A DNA stretch of 32,000 nt from Edaphobacter aggregans. GTDB lineage: Bacteria > Acidobacteriota > Terriglobia > Terriglobales > Acidobacteriaceae. Within the stretch, counting starts at the first letter, position 1, and every line of letters starts with the position of its first letter. Both the position numbers and the translations under genes were made by a program. Of this stretch, positions 18,818-26,730 are shown piece by piece. The stretch covers positions 4,140,001 through 4,172,000 of the forward strand of contig NZ_RSDW01000001.1 in the NCBI RefSeq assembly GCF_003945235.1, given 5' to 3'. The notes below the pieces were generated by a model, which was given only the letters and a program-made list of their open reading frames with translations, was not told the origin of the DNA and searched no databases.

Positions 18818-18930
18818 TAAATCAATACTTTACAGGGCAAGCCTCATCAAAGCTTTTGAACCGAGGGACCTTGGTCTACCCATGATAAAACGAGTCCACC
18901 CGTAAACCTATTTTTATAAATACTTTACGA
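18818..18930 (-). repeat. 3'-UTR stem-loop motif copy B1 (18891-18930) and partial copy B2 (around 18801-18836)
   Basis: Minus-strand reading. B1: CGTAAA|GTATTTATAAAAATAGG|TTTACG|GGTGGACTCG. B2: CCTGTAAAGTATTGATTTAAATAATATTTATAAG. Both lie between the HTH-gene stop (18985) and the terminator (18724-18768). Confidence 0.6.
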
Positions 18931-18984
18931 GAAAATATCTAGGGGGAAGACCACCACGCCAAACATATCTGATCTGATTCCGCT

Positions 18985-19401
18985 CTAAAGCAGCCGTCCA
19001 TGAAGAACAAACTTCCAGACGCTCCACCCCAGAACCACCAGCGTAATGACCATCATGGCGATACCCATCCACCGCGGATCGATTATGAATGCGGTCCCAC
19101 CGCGATTTCGGCGGACATTTTCGGCGAACTCAGCCCAGTCCTCGCTATCCGGTTCGTACTCGCCGCTCTCCCGGAGACTGGCCTCAAATCGCTCAATCCA
19201 AGGCACTTCGTCCAGTTCAAGCACCTTGAGATAGCTGCGAACGATGCCCTTACGGAACACCCCACCAGGCAGTTCCCGGTACTCGCCCGCTTCAAGCGCG
19301 TGCAAATGACGAGGCGCAACCTTGGTCACCGCGCATATCTCGTCAATCGAGATATTTCGCCGTTCGCGCTCCAGCCGTAGTTCGTCGCAGAATCTTTCCA
19401 T
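18985..19401 (-). CDS. Membrane-anchored XRE/RodZ-like helix-turn-helix protein
   Basis: ORF 18985..19452. I prefer the ATG at 19401 (GGAG 4-7 nt upstream). ISIDEICAVTKVAPRHLHALEAGEYRELPGGVFRKGIVRSYLKVLELD resembles the RodZ-type HTH_25 domain. There is a single C-terminal TM helix (WMGIAMMVITLVVLGWSVW) and no periplasmic domain. Confidence 0.7.
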   Translation of the reverse strand: MERFCDELRLERERRNISIDEICAVTKVAPRHLHALEAGEYRELPGGVFRKGIVRSYLKVLELDEVPWIERFEASLRESGEYEPDSEDWAEFAENVRRNRGGTAFIIDPRWMGIAMMVITLVVLGWSVWKFVLHGRLL

Positions 19402-19610
19402 TCGCTCCGCCCAGCCTAAATCATTTATCGCCCGATTGCTCCCGCACTCCATCCCGCGGTCTTGGGAAGGATAGCGCGAGCCGGCCTATGGTCCAAGCTG
19501 TTTTTGATCTCCAATGGTAAAAGACAGGTTATTGGAACCAAAGTAGTTAGGTTGTTTCGACCAACCAGAGGAGGTCTCGAGATCGCAACCTGCACTATCG
19601 GGGATTTCCT

Positions 19611-19639
19611 TTGACGCTCCTGCTTCGAATCACTATTAT
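19611..19639 (+). promoter_or_regulatory. Candidate sigma-70-type promoter for the glycan cluster
   Basis: TTGACG (19611-19616), 17-nt spacer, TATTAT (19634-19639), about 75 nt upstream of the GTG at 19715. Sequence match only. Confidence 0.4.
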
Positions 19640-19714
19640 CAGGCTTTACCTGCCGCCTTGCGGTCTATTCTTCGACAACGAAGACAGCCATTGGTTTTTT
19701 AGAAAAGAGACTGA

Positions 19715-21244
19715 GTGCGCATCCCTTTTCCTGTACACATTCGCCTATGGCACGCCTTCTGCTTCGCTGGCCTGCTCTTTACGGCGCAACTGCTTGAGGG
19801 AACGTCACTTTACTTCTCGGTCTGCAGTGTTCTTTTCATCGTCATAGCTACAGTAGCGTTCAACCTTGCAGGTGGACTCGCACGTCCATCCGGCGCATAT
19901 GTATTTTTTTACTCAGTCCTCGCCGTCATTGTTGGCCTGTGTTGGAAGGCCATGATCGGCGAACCGGGAGACTCTAACCTTCTAAATCCGCTCCTGACCA
20001 TTCGCGTCTTTCTCGCTGGCATCACGGCGATGCTGGCCGCTGTCTACGTCAGCCGCAAACTGACGGCGAAACGCGCGTTTCTGCGAAATGCGGTGGCCGA
20101 AGCCAAGATGCAAAATGCCACCATCGGTTGCATGATCACCGGCCTGTTCCTATCTTTCCTGCTCATGGTTTTGACATGGCAGAGCGGTTCAGCGTTGAGC
20201 GCCCTTGCTCAGGTCAACCGCTTTCTTCCGCTTGCTATGGTTCTTGGTGTTGTCCACCAAATCCGCAAGAGTGGAGGCACCAGTAGCGTTAACCTTCCCG
20301 TACTGATTTCAGGCGCTGCCATCTTCGCAATGGGCGTACTCGGTTTCTCCAAGGAGGGAATGTTCACTCCACTTCTCTGTTGGGCCGTTGCTGCCGGATC
20401 TCAGCGCTATAAAGTATCTACCTTTCAAGCGATTGGGGCTGTCCTTGTAGTCGTTTTCATGTTCCGCTTTCTAGTTCCATATTCTCAGTACGGAAGAAAC
20501 CTCAGAAGTGAAACGGGTTCTGTCCGTGAAAACTTCAACGTAGCCATCTCTTTGCTCTTGGACCTTGAAGACGTTCGACAGAAATCCAACGCGCTGGCCG
20601 AGGATCCGAGTGCGGACAGTTCAAAAGAGAGCTACTACAACACACCTCAGGGATTTTTCGACCGGCTTCAAATGATCTCAGTAGATGATGCACTGATCGA
20701 TCTTACGGAACGAAACGGTACATTCGGTTACTCGCCAATCATCATGGGATTTGAGAACCTCGTTCCGCACTTTCTCTGGCCCAACAAACCTAACATTGGG
20801 TTTGGAAATGTATACTCCCACGAGCTAGGCGGCGTGATTGCGGAGGACGATAGTACAACGGGTATATCGTTCAGCCCATCAGGCGAAGGTTTCCACATCG
20901 CACGCTGGACCGGTGTTCTGATAGTCGCGCCGATCCTATGGATATTTCTCTTTACCCTTTTCGATTCTCTATGCGGAAGTGCAACCGAATCTCCGTGGGG
21001 TCTCCTTGTTATCGCTCAGTTCGCTCATTTGGCACCGGAAGGCATGTTGGGCGGCGTCATTTATATGCTTGGCTTTACTACTCTCAGCATTATTGTCGCG
21101 GCCCTAACTGCAGCTTACGTGATGCCGGTGCTTGGCACTCTTTTCAAGGGGCCCGAGCAGACCGGCCTGCGACGAATCGCCCTCGTTCGCAGCATACCGC
21201 GGCGTGCTCGCCCAGTCGTTCCCAGCGAAAGTAACGGTCTATAG
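19715..21244 (+). CDS. Polytopic membrane protein, Wzy/WaaL-like (O-antigen polymerase/ligase-type topology)
   Basis: 509-aa ORF with a GTG start (start uncertain). About 9 N-terminal helices, a roughly 130-aa hydrophilic loop (aa ~270-400) and about 3 C-terminal helices. The call rests on topology and gene context; I could not confirm a conserved motif. Confidence 0.45.
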   Translation: MRIPFPVHIRLWHAFCFAGLLFTAQLLEGTSLYFSVCSVLFIVIATVAFNLAGGLARPSGAYVFFYSVLAVIVGLCWKAMIGEPGDSNLLNPLLTIRVFLAGITAMLAAVYVSRKLTAKRAFLRNAVAEAKMQNATIGCMITGLFLSFLLMVLTWQSGSALSALAQVNRFLPLAMVLGVVHQIRKSGGTSSVNLPVLISGAAIFAMGVLGFSKEGMFTPLLCWAVAAGSQRYKVSTFQAIGAVLVVVFMFRFLVPYSQYGRNLRSETGSVRENFNVAISLLLDLEDVRQKSNALAEDPSADSSKESYYNTPQGFFDRLQMISVDDALIDLTERNGTFGYSPIIMGFENLVPHFLWPNKPNIGFGNVYSHELGGVIAEDDSTTGISFSPSGEGFHIARWTGVLIVAPILWIFLFTLFDSLCGSATESPWGLLVIAQFAHLAPEGMLGGVIYMLGFTTLSIIVAALTAAYVMPVLGTLFKGPEQTGLRRIALVRSIPRRARPVVPSESNGL

Positions 21245-21390
21245 TAGATGCGGAAAATTCTTGCTTTGGCGGGAGGGTCAGGTCGTCAAAAGCAACGCCT
21301 GCGCTCATGGGACTTTTTTCATCACCGTCATTGACTAGTCTGCATTCCCGCAGACTCCGTTAGGTCGCTCTGCCATACACTAGTATCTGT

Positions 21391-22482
21391 ATGAACAAAC
21401 TTGTTGTCGGTAACCTCGTCCATCGTCCCCTACGTTCGCTCATCACTGCCCTGGCTGTCGCCATTGAAGTCATCATGATCCTTTCCACTACCGCAATCCT
21501 CCTGGGAAAGATCGATGGTTTCAAGCAACGGCAGAACGGCATAGGAATGGACATGTTCGTACGCCCCAGCACCACCAACAATTTCATCGGCATGAGCTCT
21601 GCCGGGGCTTCCATCAAAGTAGCCGAGGTCCTTGCAACTATTCCTCACGTCGTCGTCGTCGCACCGGTCAATATCCAACTCACCAGTTCCTTGGACAGCA
21701 TCTACGGCATCGACTTCAAGACATTCAATGACCTCCTTCCGTTCACCTTCATCTCGGGAACCGCTTTCCAAGGCCCCAACGACGTCATCGTCGACGAATA
21801 TGCCGGGACTGGCAAAAAAGTCGGTGACACCCTCACGATCCTCAACCATTCCTTCCGTATCTCTGGCATAGTCGAACACGGCAAAGGAGGGCGTAAGTTC
21901 ATTCCCATCGAGACCATGGGTACGCTCACTGGTACCGAAGGCAAGGCCTCCATGTTCTATCTTCGGACTGAGGATCCTCCCAAACACCAGGAAGAAGTCC
22001 GCAACGCTATTCTCGCTATGCCAGGGATGAGCCAGTACAACGTCGCGACAGCAGAGGAATATCTTTCTTCCATCTCTCCGGCGCGTCTGCCCTACATGAG
22101 TACGGCGATTCGTGTCGTCGTAGGGATCGCACTTATCATCGGCTTCCTCGTTATCTTCCAGTCCATGTATACCGCTGTTATGGAGCGCACGCGCGAGATT
22201 GGCATTCTTAAATCCTTGGGAGCCTCCCGTTCTTATATCGTCGCCATCGTTCTCCGCGAAAGTGGTGCCCTTGCCTCCGTTGGCATCGTCCTTGGGGTTA
22301 TCCTTAGTTTCGTCCTTAGCATCTCTCTTGAGCGCCTTTTCCCCACTCTCGATTTCGTCATCGATCTTCCCTGGGTCTGGAAGACAATTGTTATCGCCTT
22401 CCTCGGGGCTCTTCTAGGCGCCCTCTACCCTGCGTACAAGGCTGCCAGCAAGGATCCCATTGATGCGCTTTCTTACGAATGA
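21391..22482 (+). CDS. ABC-transporter permease of the MacB/LolCE/FtsX family (no cognate ATPase adjacent)
   Basis: 363-aa ORF. N-terminal TM helix (LRSLITALAVAIEVIMIL), a roughly 210-aa periplasmic domain, and a C-terminal FtsX-type 3-TM bundle with ERTREIGILKSLGASRSYI...YPAYKAASKDPIDALSYE. Confidence 0.85.
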   Translation: MNKLVVGNLVHRPLRSLITALAVAIEVIMILSTTAILLGKIDGFKQRQNGIGMDMFVRPSTTNNFIGMSSAGASIKVAEVLATIPHVVVVAPVNIQLTSSLDSIYGIDFKTFNDLLPFTFISGTAFQGPNDVIVDEYAGTGKKVGDTLTILNHSFRISGIVEHGKGGRKFIPIETMGTLTGTEGKASMFYLRTEDPPKHQEEVRNAILAMPGMSQYNVATAEEYLSSISPARLPYMSTAIRVVVGIALIIGFLVIFQSMYTAVMERTREIGILKSLGASRSYIVAIVLRESGALASVGIVLGVILSFVLSISLERLFPTLDFVIDLPWVWKTIVIAFLGALLGALYPAYKAASKDPIDALSYE

Positions 22483-22527
22483 ACCGCAGAATTTTGGTTC
22501 TTAAGTCTGGGCCTTGCTATACCCTAG

Positions 22528-23859
22528 GTGGAATTCAGGGAGTATGGGCCCCACATGCGTCATAAGTATCACTTTCTCGCGGGTCTTCTCGCGTTTTCAA
22601 CCGTTTTAGTAATAGTCGTCGCAACGTGGTTGCCTTTTTCGAAACCCAGTCCAGACTCCTTGTTGCAAGCGCAGGAATGGGCCTCCTCTGGACGTATTTC
22701 GGGAACTTTCACTCCCATTGCCTATCCTCTATTGATCGCGCCCGCGTATCGCGTCGGCGGAATCCATGGGATCATTGCTTTGCAGGCTGCACTTCAAATC
22801 ACTCTAGTAGCGATATGCTTTTTTCTTCTTCTCCAATTAGGCATCTCCACACGCGCGGCCGCTTTTGGCTCTCTTCCCGTCGCACTCCATCCTGACCTTC
22901 TCGCTTCGATCACCAGGTCATGGGACGTCGCCCTGAGCACATTCCTCCTCGTGTTCCTCGTTCTGCTCTTCCTGCGCGTACAGTCCTCGGGGTCAAGGTT
23001 GAGCGTGAGTTTCGTCGGCGGAATCGTCTTTGCCACCGCAGTATTTTGCCGACCTAACTGTCTTCTTATTGCTGTAGCTCTGGTTTACGCGCTCTCATCA
23101 GGTGGAAAGCAGCAGCATGACGAGACGTCACGGCCCTTCGTGACAAAAAATAGGACCGCCCGGGCCGGTATCTATGCCTTCGTTGTCTTCACGGTTTCCG
23201 GCTTTTCCGCTTATATTCTTTTGGGAACTGTTGGCCATGGCTCTCCTTTCTTTCCACGGAACGGTTCTTACAACCTCTTTGCGGGAAACAACCCTTTCGC
23301 AGCCTCCGCGTTTCTGGCCAATCTCAATGGAGAGTTCTCGATCAATGCCGCGTACCGCGCGTGCCATCCCGAACTTAGCTTCTCCGCCCCTTCGCCCGAC
23401 TTTCGTGATCCATCTCTCAATAACTTCTATCGGCGTAGCTCCATCGACTACGCGCTTCATCATCCAGCTGCCGAAGTGAAACTGTTCGGGATTAAGCTCT
23501 TCACTTTTTTCCGTCCGGATATCCGGATCCATCACCAGCGTTTTGCCGTGAACGCTGTGAAGTGCTTTCTTGCCATGCCGGTCATCATTTTCCTCATTCT
23601 GCTTGCGCTGCCGGGTCGAGTCCCGCTCGATCGCGTCGACAGGTTGCTCCTAATCGTCTACGCCGCTTATATTGTGCCCTTTCTGCTTACTAATTCCGAT
23701 CCTCGCTTTCGTATTCCACTCGATGAGCTGTTCCTTCTTCATAGTGTTCGGCTGCTTGTGTTTCGAGGGAAAGTTGCCAGCCAGACGTCTCATGTTGACT
23801 GCTCACGGATCTGTAATGAGGAGGTTTTAGCAACTTTCTCTTCCGGTATGCTTCTATAA
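22528..23859 (+). CDS. GT-C-fold membrane glycosyltransferase-like protein (ArnT/PMT_2-like)
   Basis: 443-aa ORF (GTG at 22528; the ATG nine codons downstream at 22555 is equally plausible). Multiple N-terminal helices and a soluble segment with NLFAGNNPFA, which resembles the GNNP segment I recall in PMT_2/GT39-like proteins. Assignment is moderate. Confidence 0.55.
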   Translation: MEFREYGPHMRHKYHFLAGLLAFSTVLVIVVATWLPFSKPSPDSLLQAQEWASSGRISGTFTPIAYPLLIAPAYRVGGIHGIIALQAALQITLVAICFFLLLQLGISTRAAAFGSLPVALHPDLLASITRSWDVALSTFLLVFLVLLFLRVQSSGSRLSVSFVGGIVFATAVFCRPNCLLIAVALVYALSSGGKQQHDETSRPFVTKNRTARAGIYAFVVFTVSGFSAYILLGTVGHGSPFFPRNGSYNLFAGNNPFAASAFLANLNGEFSINAAYRACHPELSFSAPSPDFRDPSLNNFYRRSSIDYALHHPAAEVKLFGIKLFTFFRPDIRIHHQRFAVNAVKCFLAMPVIIFLILLALPGRVPLDRVDRLLLIVYAAYIVPFLLTNSDPRFRIPLDELFLLHSVRLLVFRGKVASQTSHVDCSRICNEEVLATFSSGMLL

Positions 23860-23914
23860 GATTTAAAATGCGCTGAAACTCAGGCGATTAGATTTACGTA
23901 CCACTCTTCCTCCC

Positions 23915-25591
23915 ATGGGCCAGTTGCACACAATATCGTCTCGTACTGCTAAAGCCTTTGAGGCTGCGGTCCTTCTTGTGGCTGTGATCTTCCTCGCACT
24001 GCACGCGCTCCATCTTAACGCTGACTTTCCCAACCACTCGCCATGGATGGACTGGGCAAAATATACCGACGAGGGTTGGTACGGCGATGCCGCTATCCGC
24101 CACTTCCAGCGCGGTGGATGGTACATCCCTGGTGACTTCAACCCTGCCGCAGCACTTCCGGTCTGGCCGCTGCTCGAGTTGATCGTCTTCCGTTTTACCG
24201 GAGTCAACTTGGAGTCAGCGAGGGCCCTCACTGTGGGCATTTTTGCGGGAATCCTCGTTGTGTCCTATCTGCTGTTGCGACGTTGGCATAAGCTCTGCCA
24301 AAGCGCCAGCGGAAGACACCGCGTCTCTTCCGCTCCAGCCATCGCGGTGCTTTTACTGGCCGTTAGCCCCTTTTGCTACGTCTTCAGCCGACTGGCCATT
24401 CTCGAACCGCTACTGGTTCTGCTTACTCTGCTTGCGATGCTGGCTGCCTCTTGGGCCCGTCCTCACGAAGCGACCACGCCTGAAGGAAGAGTTGCCTGGT
24501 TGGGAGCCCGCATCCGGTACATTGCGCCCATTCTTGCGCTGGGCCTTTTACTACCTTTGATGGTGCTTACTAAAACCACCGCAATCTTCCTGCTTCCGGC
24601 CATCGCATGGCTGCTATGGGCTCGCGCCGGATACCGTTTGAAACCCCTCCTGCAACTTGGCGTCCCTGCTGCCTTTTTGGGTGCTGTCGTCTGGTTGAGC
24701 TACTACGGATTCATCGTCCGTCCGCACTTCCTGAGCGATTACCGGTACCTGTTCAGCGCAAATGCCTACACTGGCATCACATCAGAGAACGCCATCTCAG
24801 TGTTGCGCGACGCCTTCGTCGACGGGGCATGGGTAGGACGCCTGCTCTATCCGTTGGCACTGCTGGCTGCAGTCATCGCTCTGCTGATCATGCCGCGGAT
24901 TCTGCGTAACCCGCTGATTCCGGCTTTGCTGCTTTGGGTGGCCGGGTATGCAGCCTTTCTGGCCTATCACAACAACCTGCAGCCCCGTTACTACTTGGTG
25001 ATTGCGGTTCCGCTTACGCTGTTGGTTCCGGTCGTCTTTGAGAGCATCTGGAACGGCCCGCGGATGATTGCGCCGCTCCATCGTTTTGCTGCCGTTCTTG
25101 CGGTAGCTGCTTTGGTTGTCCTTGCTGTGACCGATGCACGTCAGACGCTTCACTATGTCCGGACGCCCGAGTACACCTTCACGCACGCCGCCGAGCAGAT
25201 TCACGACATCGTGATGGCCGACCGAACCCACAATCCGCTGGTACTCTCAATCAGCGGTTCGGACCTGTCGCTGATGACCGGTTTGCCTTCGATCTGTGAT
25301 GACTTTGGCACCATGGAGCTTCCCGACCGTGTCCGAGCGTATCGACCGGGCTGGTACGTTACGTGGAATCAGGTGGACGACGACAAGATGGATGCGCTGA
25401 CTCCGATGTATCACCTGCAGCGCGTGGCAGCGTTTCCGGCTATGGATGATCCGGAGCGCAATCTTCTGATTCTGTACCGGCTTGATCCAGCGACTCCGAC
25501 GAATCCGCCGCGTCGCCGCCGTAAGCCTATTCCTCGTTTGCTCGTAACGAACTTTGGTCAGCAGCCGAGCGAACCGCAGCTCGAACACTGA
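23915..25591 (+). CDS. GT-C-fold glycosyltransferase, ArnT/PMT_2 (GT39/GT83-like) family
   Basis: 558-aa ORF. First-loop acidic motif YTDEGWYGDAAIRHFQRGGWY is typical of ArnT-like enzymes. About 12 helices, then a C-terminal soluble domain. Confidence 0.75.
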   Translation: MGQLHTISSRTAKAFEAAVLLVAVIFLALHALHLNADFPNHSPWMDWAKYTDEGWYGDAAIRHFQRGGWYIPGDFNPAAALPVWPLLELIVFRFTGVNLESARALTVGIFAGILVVSYLLLRRWHKLCQSASGRHRVSSAPAIAVLLLAVSPFCYVFSRLAILEPLLVLLTLLAMLAASWARPHEATTPEGRVAWLGARIRYIAPILALGLLLPLMVLTKTTAIFLLPAIAWLLWARAGYRLKPLLQLGVPAAFLGAVVWLSYYGFIVRPHFLSDYRYLFSANAYTGITSENAISVLRDAFVDGAWVGRLLYPLALLAAVIALLIMPRILRNPLIPALLLWVAGYAAFLAYHNNLQPRYYLVIAVPLTLLVPVVFESIWNGPRMIAPLHRFAAVLAVAALVVLAVTDARQTLHYVRTPEYTFTHAAEQIHDIVMADRTHNPLVLSISGSDLSLMTGLPSICDDFGTMELPDRVRAYRPGWYVTWNQVDDDKMDALTPMYHLQRVAAFPAMDDPERNLLILYRLDPATPTNPPRRRRKPIPRLLVTNFGQQPSEPQLEH

Positions 25592-25634
25592 AACTCTGTA
25601 TGGTAGGGGTAACTGAGGCAAATCTTCCCCTGGA

Positions 25635-26465
25635 GTGCCGGTGCGTCCGTCGGTCATCATTCTTACGTTCAACTCGAGCGACTCTCTTCCTGCAACTCTC
25701 GCCAGCATCCAGGGCCTTACCGACGATGTTCACGTTGTCGACTCCGGCAGTACGGATAGGACTGTTGAAATCGCTACGGCCGCGGGGGCTTCGGTCGAAC
25801 ATCACGCTTTCGAGAACTATGGGGCACAGCGTAACTGGGCTATCGACAACCTTTCGACTCGCTATAAGTGGCAACTGCATCTGGATGCCGATGAGCGCCT
25901 GACTCCGGAGTTGCGGGCGGAGATTCTCGCGCTGCCGGAGGAGTCATCGTACTCGGGTTACTTTCTGCCGCGGATGCTTCAGTTTATGGGCAGGGTGCTG
26001 CGGAATGGCGGCATGTCCCCTACCTGGCACATGCGGCTGTTTGTGACAGGCCAGGGCCGGTGTGAGGCTCGCGAGTACGATCAGCACTTTCAGTGCGTGG
26101 GCGAGACCCAGCGGCTGACGCACGCGATGATCGACGACATCCGCATGTCGCTCACCGAATGGACCTATCGGCATAACCGGTGGTCCGACGCTGAGGTCCG
26201 CGAGATGTCGCTACAGAACACAGAAGGGCGAATCCAAGGACGGATTGGCGGCAATCCGATCGAGCGGAAGCGGTTCCTGCGGCGCTTCTACTCGGGTGCT
26301 CCTGCGTTCAGCCGACCGTTCGCGCTTTTTTTCTACAGGTACGTCGTTCGCCTCGGCTTCCTTGACGGGATGGAGGGGTTCATCTTCTATGTGCTGCAGA
26401 CGTTCTGGTTCCGGTTTCTGGTGGATGCCAAGTTGTACGAGCTTCGGAAGAAGACGCTGGCTTAG
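25635..26465 (+). CDS. Family 2 glycosyltransferase, WaaE/LgtF-like (LPS-core type)
   Basis: 276-aa ORF. Start is the GTG at 25635 or, more likely, 25641 (GGAG 5 nt upstream). SVIILTFNSSDSLPATLASI...VVDSGSTDRT...HLDADE (DxD-like) and the C-terminal GFLDGMEGFIFYVLQTFWFRFLVDAKLYE are typical of this GT2 subgroup. Confidence 0.85.
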   Translation: MPVRPSVIILTFNSSDSLPATLASIQGLTDDVHVVDSGSTDRTVEIATAAGASVEHHAFENYGAQRNWAIDNLSTRYKWQLHLDADERLTPELRAEILALPEESSYSGYFLPRMLQFMGRVLRNGGMSPTWHMRLFVTGQGRCEAREYDQHFQCVGETQRLTHAMIDDIRMSLTEWTYRHNRWSDAEVREMSLQNTEGRIQGRIGGNPIERKRFLRRFYSGAPAFSRPFALFFYRYVVRLGFLDGMEGFIFYVLQTFWFRFLVDAKLYELRKKTLA

Positions 26466-26495
26466 CTGAACCAACCCCTCTCCCATACTTCAAGT

Positions 26496-26532
26496 CTTAA
26501 AGTATTCAAAATTTGGGGCTTAGGTCTGGACC
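26496..26532 (+). repeat. 3'-UTR stem-loop motif copy C1
   Basis: CTTAAA|GTATTCAAAATTTGGGG|CTTAGG|TCTGGACC, 31 nt after the GT2 stop. Confidence 0.65.
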
Positions 26533-26627
26533 TATCTTAAGTGCAAGTCGTCAGTTGCGGATTGTCAGTTTCAAACCTTCGGCTTCGTTCAGTTGATCGT
26601 TTCTGGGGATGCCCTCCTCTATTAAGT

Positions 26628-26664
26628 CCTAAGGTATTCAAATAATTTGACTTAGGTCTGGACC
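26628..26664 (+). repeat. 3'-UTR stem-loop motif copy C2
   Basis: CCTAAG|GTATTCAAATAATTTGA|CTTAGG|TCTGGACC. It is a direct repeat of C1, 132 nt downstream and upstream of the terminator at 26700. Confidence 0.65.
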
Positions 26665-26699
26665 GCAGTCTGGCTGTCGGTTTTCACTTAAAATAGGAA

Positions 26700-26730
26700 G
26701 AGCCCCGGCTGCGCCGAGGCTCTCATTTTG
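26700..26730 (+). terminator. Intrinsic terminator downstream of the glycan cluster
   Basis: GAGCCCCGG ctgcg CCGAGGCTC (9-bp stem, one mismatch) followed by TCATTTTGTCTCTGTTCTTATT. An A-run precedes it, so it could also act on the minus strand. Confidence 0.6.

Noticed and set aside
18358-19714. Replication origin (oriC) at the gene-orientation switch
   Set aside because: There is no dnaA or dnaN nearby and no cluster of DnaA boxes (best matches have 2 or more mismatches). The AT-rich DNA is better explained by 3' UTR and promoter spacers. It is reported only as an orientation/skew observation.
22528-23859. Apparent 1-nt frame discrepancy while hand-translating this ORF
   Set aside because: My manual position count differed by one from the ORF-track coordinates for every ORF between about 22528 and 23535, in all frames and on both strands. 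It agreed again outside that interval. I treat this as my own counting or reading error, not a biological frameshift, and have used the ORF-track coordinates.
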